Positions 1-9,110 of a stretch of 42,762 nt of DNA are shown here, one piece after another. The stretch comes from a bacterium. Lineage in GTDB: Bacteria > Zhuqueibacterota > Zhuqueibacteria > Oceanimicrobiales > Oceanimicrobiaceae. Both the position numbers and the translations under genes were made by a program. The notes under the pieces were generated by a model. It was not told the DNA's origin. It worked only from the letters and a program-made list of their open reading frames with translations, and searched no databases. The stretch is from the NCBI GenBank assembly GCA_046757525.1, contig JBHHYI010000014.1:1-42762 (forward strand). Reading direction: 5' to 3'. How positions within the stretch are numbered: the first letter of the stretch is position 1; each line of letters begins with the position of its first letter.

Positions 1-90
1 TGATAAATTTCTTCTCAAATGTGTATCGGATTCTCAAGCCTAATCTTAATTCAAAGCTCCTTCTAAAATCACAATTTCTTGCAGAAATTT

Positions 91-106
91 TGCAAAATCT
101 ATGCCA
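91..106 (-). promoter_or_regulatory. sigma-54 (-24/-12) promoter for a gene left of the window
   Basis: Minus strand reads TGGCAT-AGATT-TTGCA (GG-N10-GC spacing exact), matching the TGGCAC-N5-TTGCW consensus; lies downstream of the cluster terminator. Confidence 0.75.
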
Positions 107-209
107 CCGGATTTGACGCTGCATTTGCTTAAGAACAGAGGATTTAGCACAGATTTTGAGAATAATCCACGGCCAATGCCCTTCTTTCTTGCATTTTGGG
201 GGACTTACG

Positions 210-244
210 TGTACAAAGTTCGCACAATGTTTCATTTTTGAACA
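210..244. promoter_or_regulatory. two tandem TGT-N11-ACA boxes, candidate enhancer-binding-protein sites
   Basis: TGTacaaagttcgcACA (210-226) and TGTttcatttttgaACA (228-244), about 105-140 bp upstream of the -24 element, a typical distance for sigma-54 upstream activator sequences. Confidence 0.6.
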
Positions 245-262
245 ACAAATGATTCGAGGGTG

Positions 263-302
263 AAAAAACAAAACAGCGTTTACGCAAATAAACGCTGTTT
301 TG
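263..302 (-). terminator. Rho-independent terminator of the cluster
   Basis: Perfect 14-bp inverted repeat caaaacagcgttta (269-282) / taaacgctgttttg (289-302) with a 6-nt loop, followed on the minus strand by T6 (263-268); 11 bp after the epimerase stop. Confidence 0.85.
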
Positions 303-313
303 AGTTTTCGCGA

Positions 314-1327
314 TCAGGCGATCTCTTTGTAGAGGGTTTTTAAGGCTAATGAATTGCGGGAGTTCTTTTTCAGCCCTAAGTGCTCAGCGATTGCAAGCAA
401 CATTTCATCTAAAGACACGCTGGGCTGCCAGCCAATTAGTTTTTTTATTTTTGCAATCGAGGGGACCCTGCGCTTCATGTCTTCAAAACCAGACTCGTAA
501 GCTTCTTCATACGGAATATGAACGATCTCCGATTTGCTGCCCGTAATCTTTTTGACTCGGTTGGCTAATTCCAGAATAGTCACTTCTTCCTGGCTGCCAA
601 TGTTGAATATCTGACCCACGGCCTCAGGGGTTTCCATCAAATTGATCAAAGCCTGGACCACATCCGAGACATAGGAAAAGCACCGCGATTGCGAGCCGTC
701 GCCATACACGGTGATCGGCTCTTTTCTCAGTGCCTGGCCGATGAATCTGGGAACGACCATGCCGTACTGCCCGCTTTGGCGCGGGCCAATGGTGTTGAAC
801 AGCCGTACGATGACGCAAGGCAGCTTTTTCTCTTTAAAGTACGCCAGGGCTAGGAATTCATCGATGGCTTTTGAGGAGGAGTAGCTCCACCGGCTTTTTG
901 TGGTGGTGCCCAGCACGCGATCATCTTCCTCTGAGAACGGTGTTTTTTCATTTTTCCCGTAAATCTCTGAGGTCGAAGTTATCAGCACTTTCTTCTTGTA
1001 ACGATTGGCGATTTTCAGGACCATGTGGGTGCCGATGATGCAGCGCTCGATCACTTCGACGGGATGATTCACGATGAGCTGCACGCCCACAGCCGACGCC
1101 AGATGGTAGATCATGTCGCACTCGCTCACCAGCCGGTCCATGACGGTTTCGTTCAGCACGGTCTCGATGACGAAGTGAAAATTGGGATAATTGCGCACGT
1201 GTGCAAAATTTTCCATCTTACCCGTCGACAAATCATCGACAATGGTAACCTCATTGCCCCTTTGCAACAAGGCGTCGGCTAAGTGGGTGCCAATAAAACC
1301 TGCTCCACCAGTAATCAGTATCTTCAT
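314..1327 (-). CDS. NAD-dependent NDP-sugar epimerase/dehydratase (extended SDR, UXS/ArnA-like subgroup)
   Basis: MKILITGGAGFIG Rossmann motif, STSEIYG, YSSSK (YxxxK), RLFNTIGPRQ. Start moved to the ATG at 1327, preceded by the RBS AAGGAGAG. Confidence 0.9.
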   Translation of the reverse strand: MKILITGGAGFIGTHLADALLQRGNEVTIVDDLSTGKMENFAHVRNYPNFHFVIETVLNETVMDRLVSECDMIYHLASAVGVQLIVNHPVEVIERCIIGTHMVLKIANRYKKKVLITSTSEIYGKNEKTPFSEEDDRVLGTTTKSRWSYSSSKAIDEFLALAYFKEKKLPCVIVRLFNTIGPRQSGQYGMVVPRFIGQALRKEPITVYGDGSQSRCFSYVSDVVQALINLMETPEAVGQIFNIGSQEEVTILELANRVKKITGSKSEIVHIPYEEAYESGFEDMKRRVPSIAKIKKLIGWQPSVSLDEMLLAIAEHLGLKKNSRNSLALKTLYKEIA

Positions 1328-1375
1328 GAACACTCTCCTTCTGCATGCGAAATATTCAACAATATACAAAAATCA

Positions 1376-2509
1376 TTACTTAGAATGGCCGTTCGTGACA
1401 AACTTTTCATATAAATTTTGGAAGTTTTGCACCTGCAAATCCAGTGAAAAATGTTTCTCAACACGCTCGCGACTGCGCTTGCCAAAGGCTTGCCTGCGTT
1501 CCTGGTCTGAAAACAAGTTCAAAACTTTTTCAGCGATTTGTTCCGGGTCCCTCGGTGGGATGAGGTAGCCCGTCTGTTCATTTACCACCAGTTCGGGAGA
1601 ACCATCGACTGCCGTGGCAACGACGGGCAGCCCGGTGGCCATGGCCTCCAGGATCACATTGGGCAACCCTTCGTAAAGTGAAGGCAGCACAAAAATGTCG
1701 AAGGTGCGCATCAGTTCTTTAACATCGTTCCTGAAGCCCAGAAACAAGAAATGCTTGTCGAGCTTTTTTGCCTGGACCAACGCTTCCAATTCACCGCGCA
1801 ATTCCCCGTCACCCACGAGGACAAATCTTGTTTCAGGCAGTTGCTCCACGATCTTGCCTGCCGCTTCAATCAAATAGCGATGCCCTTTTTGAGGATGCAA
1901 CCGGGCCACGACACCCACCACAGGCGCCTCTAAAGGAATTTGCAATTCATTCTTCAGCGAGTTGTTTTTCCCCTGTCTAAACAAATCGAGATTGACGCCG
2001 TAAGGAATCACCACAACTTTGTCCGGCCGCAGGCCGCGCTTTTCTATCAGCCATTTTGCGGTTGCGTCCGAAACCGACACCACAGTGTCACAATAACGCA
2101 TGGCGAAGCGGTAGGCCCAGAGTCGTCTCTTGAGCAGCCATTCCGGTGCTGAAATGGTTTCCCACGAAAACACCGCTTTGGCGTGACCCAGGCTGCCCGC
2201 CAGGGCGCCGACCACATCGGCATAAAACAAGGTGGTCATGACCACGTCAATTTTCTCTCTCCGAATCAGTTTGGCCACTTTGAAGACCAGGCTGAGATCG
2301 ATGCGGCTTTTTCTCTGCAAGCCAACATAGTTCACGTTGAGCTTTTCCACAGCCTCCCGAATACGGTCGCCCATGCCCAAGCTGCAGACCGTGGTTTTAA
2401 AGCGCGACCGGTCCATTTGGGAAATCAGCTCCAAAAGCTTGGTCTCGGCCCCGCCCAGATTTAGCCCTTCGACCAGTTGTAACACGTTGATTGTGGATTC
2501 CGCTGTCAT
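1376..2509 (-). CDS. glycosyltransferase, GT4 family
   Basis: N-terminal GGAE, VARLHPQKGH, PSLYEGLPNVILEAMATG (ExxxxxxxE). Confidence 0.92.
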   Translation of the reverse strand: MTAESTINVLQLVEGLNLGGAETKLLELISQMDRSRFKTTVCSLGMGDRIREAVEKLNVNYVGLQRKSRIDLSLVFKVAKLIRREKIDVVMTTLFYADVVGALAGSLGHAKAVFSWETISAPEWLLKRRLWAYRFAMRYCDTVVSVSDATAKWLIEKRGLRPDKVVVIPYGVNLDLFRQGKNNSLKNELQIPLEAPVVGVVARLHPQKGHRYLIEAAGKIVEQLPETRFVLVGDGELRGELEALVQAKKLDKHFLFLGFRNDVKELMRTFDIFVLPSLYEGLPNVILEAMATGLPVVATAVDGSPELVVNEQTGYLIPPRDPEQIAEKVLNLFSDQERRQAFGKRSRERVEKHFSLDLQVQNFQNLYEKFVTNGHSK

Positions 2510-2528
2510 GCGTGCTCTTTCGATTTCT

Positions 2529-5135
2529 TTACAAATCCGACGAGAATTCTTTCAATAGCTCGCCGGTTGGACGCATTCGACGATAGAACAGTTTTTTTGA
2601 AGTAGTAAAACCAGCAAAGGTCTTTGAACCGGCGACCTCAGGTGCAAGGAGAATGAAATCCGTCCATTCCGAAGTAACGATCTTGACCGCCACGGCCTTG
2701 GCTTTGTCAACCACGCGATCTTTCATGGTAACCGGCACAGAAGACACGCCCACGCTCTCTATTTTTTGACGGTCAGGGAATGGCAGCATCACGTCCAGGA
2801 AGGCTTCAGGAACCTTCCCCTTCTTACGATAAATGATGACTGGCGCAGCCATCTTTTCGCCATATTTTGGAGAAATCCACCCCTGGATGGGATTTTCTGA
2901 ACCGGCGACCCTGGTTACCGACACCTGGTCTGCAAAAAGCGGAAAAAGGAGCAGATTGGCCCCCTCCGGATTGTTGCTGACCACGGATTTGTTTTCATCC
3001 GATATTTCAAGCGGCATTGGCATGAAGTGAAAAAGCTGCGCGTACTCATGGTTGCCTTTGCCGGTCAGAACATCCCAAAGAACCCAATAGTCGGGTTTGA
3101 CAAATAGGATCCTGCGCGTGTGTTTTACGCGATGGTCGATGCGTTCTTTCACATTACCGTAGCCATTTTCGTAGGTTGCTTCTAAGTAATCGAAATCGGG
3201 CGTAGTGAGCCACTTGTTGGGTAGAGGTGCGTGTGGGTCACTGGCCCACTCGTCTTTACGGGGCATTCGCAGTTGGCTTTTGCCGTCAACCACGACCGTA
3301 TTGTGGGCGAAAGAAGACTCGAAGTACTTGTGCCACTGGTTGTAAACGTAGGTAAAAGTTCCGGCTTCGACGATAAACGGAGAACCGTAAGCGTGAAGCT
3401 CAAAGCTCAGTTTGTCCTCGTGTCCGTGTGCAGAACCGAAAAGTCCGGCATCCACGAGGCAATACCGGGCCTTTTTCGTCCAACCGCTGCGCATGACATA
3501 AAAACCGGTATAGGGGAACGCCACGGAGGTTTTGGATGGCCTCAGACCCGACTCGCCATCGGTGGCAAAATACTCAAACTCTGCGCGGCTGAATTGCCTG
3601 GCCGGCTCATGGAACAGGGGCCGCAACACCTTGCCGCTGAAGCCGTCATTGACTTGTGGCATTCGGCCGTCTGGACGCACGGTATAGAGCAAGAACTCGT
3701 ACATTCTTTCTAATTGTCGGTTGAAATTCGCTGTGAGGGCCACGTCATGATTTTGAGCAAAATCAGAAATCGTTTGCAAGAGACGAACAACGTAGCGGTG
3801 ATAAAATATCGAGCCCTCGGTATAGCCACCATCCTCATAGACATCCTGTGTCACCTCCCGGTCCAGCCGTTCGACGGCAAGGTGGCGCCATTGCCTGGCC
3901 ATTTTAAATTCCGGAAACATGGTCCCGACTTTGAGCAAGCCATAGCTTTCTTGAATCAAGTGGTTTCTGCGCGGCGACCGAAAGTAGGAAAGAAATTGAG
4001 CATGATCGTGGATAGCCGCCAACAACTGAATCTTCAGCTCCGGACTGACGCTTTTCGATGGTAGAAATGCGTAAAACGCGTCGACCCAACTGTCGCTCAT
4101 GCGCAGACCGGCACCGATAAGCCGCCACACCGGGTCTTTTTCGTTTTTCCATTTGGGCAGCGAAACTTGCTCAAAAAAGCCTTGCATGAGGGCGCTAAAA
4201 TCCCTGGCGTACTTCTCGTCGCCCGTCAACACATAGGCAGCAGCAACGTCCCACATCCACTCAAATTCGTTAAGCGCATAGAGCCAAATTTTGTCGTCCG
4301 TCGGATTCCTATACCAATCGATCTTGTCTGGCAGTTTCCTTTTGACATCCCAGAGGGTAAATTCCCGGCTTAGAACCGCATTGGCGCTGGCAATGATCAC
4401 ACTGGAGTCTGGATACAGCCGCTTGACTCTCTCCCGGATTTCCTCTGTGGTAGTTTCAGATCGAGTCATAAAATGGTTTAGAAATTGCGCTTGCGTGGCA
4501 TCCGGATCCCGTTCGGCCACCGCAGGAGACAAATGGCTCAGTCCGTCGGAAGAAAACTCAAACAACTCAAAGAAATCCTTGCCCATCTTTTTTGGCGCCG
4601 GTTGCAGACGGCTATGGGCTGGTTTTGTGTAAGCAAAGCCATTCACACCCACGAACACAAGCACCAAAGCGCCAAACACAATCGAAGAATAGACCTTGTG
4701 CAAAATTCTTGTATCTTGAAATAGGCGCAAGTAGATCGCAAACGTAACTGACACAGAGACTAAGAGCAATATCAAATTGCCACCAATACTCCCGGGCTCG
4801 TGAAGACCAGGCAAAAAGCGTCGGTTAACGAAATAAAAAATGGGGAGCATGCCTATTGCTGCAACCAGTGCCGAGAGCGCGAGTCCTTCCAATTTGGCAA
4901 AAAGCAGCCAAACACCAGCAAAAGCCAAGCTCACAACGAACGCGATGAGGCCAAACTTGTTCAACTGATACTGCACAAAGTACAAGGCAACCTTTTGAAG
5001 CTCTGACGTAGAGTAGGACTCGTTGAGAACAAAGTAAAGCACGCGCGTGGTGCTGCCGGCCAGTGCGCAAAGGAGTCCCAGGTACACACTGAGTTTAATC
5101 TTATAAAAATAAGTCTTACCTGGGATTTCGGTCAT
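2529..5135 (-). CDS. membrane-anchored heparinase II/III-family (PL12-like) polysaccharide lyase
   Basis: About five N-terminal hydrophobic helices, then NHLIQE, DGGYTEGSIFYH, RPDGRMPQVND, GFYVMRSGW, HGHEDKLSF and AHNTVVVDG motifs typical of Hepar_II_III proteins. Confidence 0.85.
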   Translation of the reverse strand: MTEIPGKTYFYKIKLSVYLGLLCALAGSTTRVLYFVLNESYSTSELQKVALYFVQYQLNKFGLIAFVVSLAFAGVWLLFAKLEGLALSALVAAIGMLPIFYFVNRRFLPGLHEPGSIGGNLILLLVSVSVTFAIYLRLFQDTRILHKVYSSIVFGALVLVFVGVNGFAYTKPAHSRLQPAPKKMGKDFFELFEFSSDGLSHLSPAVAERDPDATQAQFLNHFMTRSETTTEEIRERVKRLYPDSSVIIASANAVLSREFTLWDVKRKLPDKIDWYRNPTDDKIWLYALNEFEWMWDVAAAYVLTGDEKYARDFSALMQGFFEQVSLPKWKNEKDPVWRLIGAGLRMSDSWVDAFYAFLPSKSVSPELKIQLLAAIHDHAQFLSYFRSPRRNHLIQESYGLLKVGTMFPEFKMARQWRHLAVERLDREVTQDVYEDGGYTEGSIFYHRYVVRLLQTISDFAQNHDVALTANFNRQLERMYEFLLYTVRPDGRMPQVNDGFSGKVLRPLFHEPARQFSRAEFEYFATDGESGLRPSKTSVAFPYTGFYVMRSGWTKKARYCLVDAGLFGSAHGHEDKLSFELHAYGSPFIVEAGTFTYVYNQWHKYFESSFAHNTVVVDGKSQLRMPRKDEWASDPHAPLPNKWLTTPDFDYLEATYENGYGNVKERIDHRVKHTRRILFVKPDYWVLWDVLTGKGNHEYAQLFHFMPMPLEISDENKSVVSNNPEGANLLLFPLFADQVSVTRVAGSENPIQGWISPKYGEKMAAPVIIYRKKGKVPEAFLDVMLPFPDRQKIESVGVSSVPVTMKDRVVDKAKAVAVKIVTSEWTDFILLAPEVAGSKTFAGFTTSKKLFYRRMRPTGELLKEFSSDL

Positions 5136-5207
5136 ATTAATATTAATTCTTTTCAGGATTAGTGGCTAATAAAGGCAAAAATCTCTTCCTTATGAGGCTA
5201 ACGTTGT

Positions 5208-7067
5208 CTATTGACTTCCTGAGGACTTAACTGTGACGCCAACAGGTGCTGCAGGCGGCCCTGGAACGGCATCCTGGTAATTCTCATTAAACGTCCAGTT
5301 ATTAAAATCATAGATTGCGGTTTGACCATGCCTCGTTACCGTCATGATGTTGTTGTTCCAGCTCACAATTTTGTTGCCTTGGTTGTCGATGGTTTCCATT
5401 CTTTTGAAGGGGAAATTGCAGTCTCCAGGGCTGTCTAATCCGCAATAATCGTTAGACGAGATTTTTGTTCCACGGGAGGTGCGGTAATAATCATCAGCTA
5501 ACAAAGCATTGCTCTTTATGGCATTTTTGAACACGGACCAAGTGGCATAATCCACGCCCTCGGTCGCCAGCTCGACTGCGGCCGAAACCATGCCCAATTT
5601 CAAAGCAACCATAGTCAGTCCCAGTTTGCGAAACGTCCATCCCCCCTGAGTTTCATCGAGATCCCAGTTGGCATCGCTCTTGCGCTCCCAGTAATAGGGT
5701 TGGGAGCCGATATCGGCAAATATGGCGTTGCGATATTGCCTACCCCTTAGACCCAGATAACCGGTCTCTTTGGTCGAAGGGGGTGCCACGGGATCGGCGT
5801 TAATCCAGAATCTGATAAATGATTCTTTCTTTCGGCCGCGGACGACCACCTGCCATCCCGAATTGCGTGATCCCACGTTCGAACCAATATTATAGTTTTT
5901 GGTTACAAAGTCCCATTTGCCGAAACGGGGATCGCTTAACAGTTGATGACCGTTGTTCTCCATATGAAAATGCCAATAGTCGTCACGTTCATCTGTCAAC
6001 ACGCCCACATCCACAAGTAGAGGCGGGGGCACGTAGTTAACTATGTAAAGCGCCTTGACGTCAAAGCGCGTCACGTCCTCGGCTGCCCCCCAGTAGATAT
6101 AGGTTGGAAAAATAGGATTTCTGGCGGTGAATGTGTAATCTCCACGACCGACGGTACTTCCCCAAGCGTTGGCGTTGCCGATATCCATGATCGCATCCAA
6201 CAACATCAGGTCGCCTGCCATCTTGGCCTTATCCTTGAGCGGATCGCCATCATCCAACAAGCTCCACAGCAGAGCCATAGCTCCTGGAAACGCCCGGTGA
6301 TAGTCGATGGAGTCAAATTCTCGGTTTCCACGCGGCGATTTCTTGCCCACGTACCAGCTATCCAATGTGTTTTCAATCCAGTCTTTGCTCAACTGATTGG
6401 CATCATAAGGCCCACTATCAAATGTGTAACTTCGTCCATTATAACGGAAATCAGGCCAGCTATTTCGGTAGAAATCCGGAATGGGCGAAGTCACTGACAC
6501 CGGATGACCGTAAACCGGGAAGCTCAACGTGCTGTCGAAGTACTTAGTATACAAATACACGCCAACCATTGCATAGATTTGCTTATTGGGGTTTAAGTCC
6601 CCGAACGCGCCACTTTTTTCGATCAGCTCCAGGTAGTTGCTGTGAATCGTCTCTTGTTGTGCAGTCGAGAGAATCTTTGTGCCTCTGTTGCCATATTTCA
6701 ACAGCATGAAGACGGCGTAACCATGTTGCGCCCGAATTCCTTTGAACCAATAATCGCCCAGCCAGTGGTCAATGGCCTCAGCCACCACGGTATCATAAAC
6801 GCCCTTTTCCAACCAGCCAAACAGATACTCTCTGCGTTTCTCCATGGTCATAGCAGAATTCGGCGCGGGTAGCGACTCCAACCAGTCCTGACGTCTCTGC
6901 ACATAGGTTCTCCCGTCAGCTCCGACACTAAAGCTCTGCCCCGGCAACTCAACGTCTCCCATAAAAAACAGGCTCGCGGTCCCCACGACAATCCAGAATT
7001 GGGGGAATGTGAACCAAACCACAGCGTCAACGACTGCTTTGCACGTTATTCTTAGATTCTTAAACAT
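5208..7067 (-). CDS. hypothetical exported or membrane-anchored protein, possibly alpha-toroid plus beta-sandwich carbohydrate-active
   Basis: Long W/Y/D-rich ORF collinear with the operon; N-terminal hydrophobic stretch; likely start is the ATG at 7067 after GGAG; ends PPAAPVGVTVKSSGSQ. Confidence 0.7.
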   Translation of the reverse strand: MFKNLRITCKAVVDAVVWFTFPQFWIVVGTASLFFMGDVELPGQSFSVGADGRTYVQRRQDWLESLPAPNSAMTMEKRREYLFGWLEKGVYDTVVAEAIDHWLGDYWFKGIRAQHGYAVFMLLKYGNRGTKILSTAQQETIHSNYLELIEKSGAFGDLNPNKQIYAMVGVYLYTKYFDSTLSFPVYGHPVSVTSPIPDFYRNSWPDFRYNGRSYTFDSGPYDANQLSKDWIENTLDSWYVGKKSPRGNREFDSIDYHRAFPGAMALLWSLLDDGDPLKDKAKMAGDLMLLDAIMDIGNANAWGSTVGRGDYTFTARNPIFPTYIYWGAAEDVTRFDVKALYIVNYVPPPLLVDVGVLTDERDDYWHFHMENNGHQLLSDPRFGKWDFVTKNYNIGSNVGSRNSGWQVVVRGRKKESFIRFWINADPVAPPSTKETGYLGLRGRQYRNAIFADIGSQPYYWERKSDANWDLDETQGGWTFRKLGLTMVALKLGMVSAAVELATEGVDYATWSVFKNAIKSNALLADDYYRTSRGTKISSNDYCGLDSPGDCNFPFKRMETIDNQGNKIVSWNNNIMTVTRHGQTAIYDFNNWTFNENYQDAVPGPPAAPVGVTVKSSGSQ

Positions 7068-7131
7068 CGCTCCATCTCCGTATCCACCAGCCCCCTCCGG
7101 GTTGCCAGTGACTATCATCGCAGGTCCAGTG

Positions 7132-7929
7132 TTATTTTTTTGCACGGGCTACCAGGTGTAAACCGGAAGAATAAAACCAGCGTGGAAACAGGCTGAGAAT
7201 GCGCAAAATCACCTTCCCTAGAGCATTAAGCTCCCAAATCTCACCCTCTTTCTTGCGCAAAAAATACCAATCGGCCCACAGACCAATATGACGATTTCTT
7301 TCAGTGGGTTCGTAATCATCGATATCCGTGTGGATAATCTCAAAACCCGTTCTTTCCAAGAAAGAACGCAATTCTTTCTTCGTAAAGCGGTACTCCCAAA
7401 AATAGTTGGGTTGACCACGGAGTTTTCGGATTAGGAAATAAAAGCCGCGAATAGGATGCGCGACAAAGCGCCGCAATGGCGTCAAGTAAGGCGTGGTCAC
7501 AAAGGCCAGCCCCCCCGGCTTCAAGATTCGGTGGGCTTCTTTCAGAGCCTGATCCGGACCGTGTTCAAAATGCTCGATCACACCGAGCGATATGTAGGCA
7601 TCGAAGGAATTATCGGGGTATTTCAAATCCGTGATGTCGCCCAGTTCAACCGCCACATCGGGATTAAACGCTTTGGCCTGAGCAACAATATTCTGGTCGT
7701 ATTCGATGCCGACAATGCTGTGCCCCTTTTTTTGGAACCATTCGCACCAGGCGCCAAATCCACAACCGCCTTCGAGAATCTGAGCTTTGGATCCGTTCAG
7801 ATACTGATCAAAAATGCGCACCAAGGTGCGATTTTCAAAGCTCTTAAGCTCGCCCTCCAGGCTGCGATTGTCCCATTGGTCCAGGTCGTGCTCTTTGCCA
7901 GTCTTAAAAGACAAAAATCGATAGCTCAT
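7132..7929 (-). CDS. class I SAM-dependent methyltransferase
   Basis: ILEGGCGFG motif I, GIEY, GDITDLKYPDNSFD, LGVIEH, RILKPGG; start codon abuts the upstream stop codon. Confidence 0.9.
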   Translation of the reverse strand: MSYRFLSFKTGKEHDLDQWDNRSLEGELKSFENRTLVRIFDQYLNGSKAQILEGGCGFGAWCEWFQKKGHSIVGIEYDQNIVAQAKAFNPDVAVELGDITDLKYPDNSFDAYISLGVIEHFEHGPDQALKEAHRILKPGGLAFVTTPYLTPLRRFVAHPIRGFYFLIRKLRGQPNYFWEYRFTKKELRSFLERTGFEIIHTDIDDYEPTERNRHIGLWADWYFLRKKEGEIWELNALGKVILRILSLFPRWFYSSGLHLVARAKK

Positions 7930-8757
7930 TTACAATTCAACTCCCAAAACGCCTTTGAAGGCAAATCCGAAGACCAGGCTTAACACGAAAAATGCAACCA
8001 GCCAGTGCATGTGCATCCCCAGCAATTTAAACTCCCGTTTAGGATAAACCAGCCCGATAGAAAACACCGAAGCCGATTTGGGCACACTCGGCTCAGCAGG
8101 GTTCATCAGCGTGGTGCTAAACTTGCCGCGCGCAATTTGAGGCGCAACTGAAATCAAACGATCCACAACGTCGATGCGTTTTTTGACGCTTCTGCCCGCA
8201 AGTTTAAAAGCCACCTCATAAGAACCGGGCTGTTCGGCCTTTATGCGCCAATCGATTTCTTGCAATTGCTCGATTCGAACCGGAGGGGTTTCAACGCTCA
8301 GTCCGGCCGGCAACTCCATCTCAACCGCACTCAAATCCTCTAAAGTAGCTGTCCGGTCCAGACGCAAGGTCAAAACCGTGCGCTCCCCCACCCTCAGGGG
8401 TCGATACTCATACCGGCTGCCCAGTTGAATTAAGATCAAGCCCACCGGGATTATGAGGAAGAGCATCGGACGCAAAGACTTTTTCATGTACAAAAGATTG
8501 CTCACGATGATATTTTTCATGGTTTCAAACATCAGGCTGATATCATCGCGATAAAGCCTAATGGCCAGAAAATGCGCCTTGACCACGTTCTTCGCCTTCT
8601 TGATTCCTGCTTGATCAGAGGTCGCCTTGAATACGAACAACATGACGATTCCGGTGACAAAGGAGACGACCGCCATGCCCCAGACCGGATTTACATGGGC
8701 AAAAGGGGAAAAAAGAAGATTAAAGATAAAATCTATGCCACGGTTGACGATGTCCAT
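7930..8757 (-). CDS. 3-TM membrane protein resembling DUF106/EMC3/TMCO1 (Oxa1 superfamily), with a beta-rich extracytoplasmic insert
   Basis: Amphipathic N-helix, TM1 ending FKATSDQ, a charged helical segment, SLRPML..IIP TM2, a ~120-aa beta-rich domain, then HWLVAFFVLS..FKGVLGV at the C-terminus. Confidence 0.6.
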   Translation of the reverse strand: MDIVNRGIDFIFNLLFSPFAHVNPVWGMAVVSFVTGIVMLFVFKATSDQAGIKKAKNVVKAHFLAIRLYRDDISLMFETMKNIIVSNLLYMKKSLRPMLFLIIPVGLILIQLGSRYEYRPLRVGERTVLTLRLDRTATLEDLSAVEMELPAGLSVETPPVRIEQLQEIDWRIKAEQPGSYEVAFKLAGRSVKKRIDVVDRLISVAPQIARGKFSTTLMNPAEPSVPKSASVFSIGLVYPKREFKLLGMHMHWLVAFFVLSLVFGFAFKGVLGVEL

Positions 8758-8849
8758 TTAAACTCCTCGACAATTTAAGTTGGAGCACTTTTGCTTCATG
8801 AGTCACACCTGGCCGGACGAATCCCACGCCAGGCGTGAAAGTTCTTGCT

Positions 8850-8885
8850 CTGTCATTTCCGCAATCTTTGGAGCAGGGATGACAG
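8850..8885. repeat. degenerate REP-like hairpin
   Basis: ctgtcat...atgacag ends with tgtcatttccgc / gcagggatgaca resembling the REP pair at 13344-13414. Confidence 0.35.
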
Positions 8886-8903
8886 GATGTGGAACGGCCA
8901 CCG

Positions 8904-9095
8904 TTAGGATAAATACCCCAGGCCTTGCAGCCGTTTTTTCACTTCTTCTTCGGATTCTGATTCGTCGATAGAAGAGAGCTCTTTTTCCAAAACATGGGTG
9001 ATGAATTCCTCAACCGAGGAATAACCGGCTATTTCAGAAAACTTCTTGACACGATCGTAAAGATCCTTTTCTAATCTAATTTTGGGCCCGAACAT
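8904..9095 (-). CDS. 63-aa ribbon-helix-helix-like microprotein with an acidic LGY tail
   Basis: RBS AGAGGAG. KIRLEKDLYDRVKKFSEIAGYSSVEEFITHVLE fits a CopG/RHH pattern; ends SESEEEVKKRLQGLGYLS. Confidence 0.75.
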   Translation of the reverse strand: MFGPKIRLEKDLYDRVKKFSEIAGYSSVEEFITHVLEKELSSIDESESEEEVKKRLQGLGYLS

Positions 9096-9110
9096 TGAAA
9101 TCTCCTCTTT

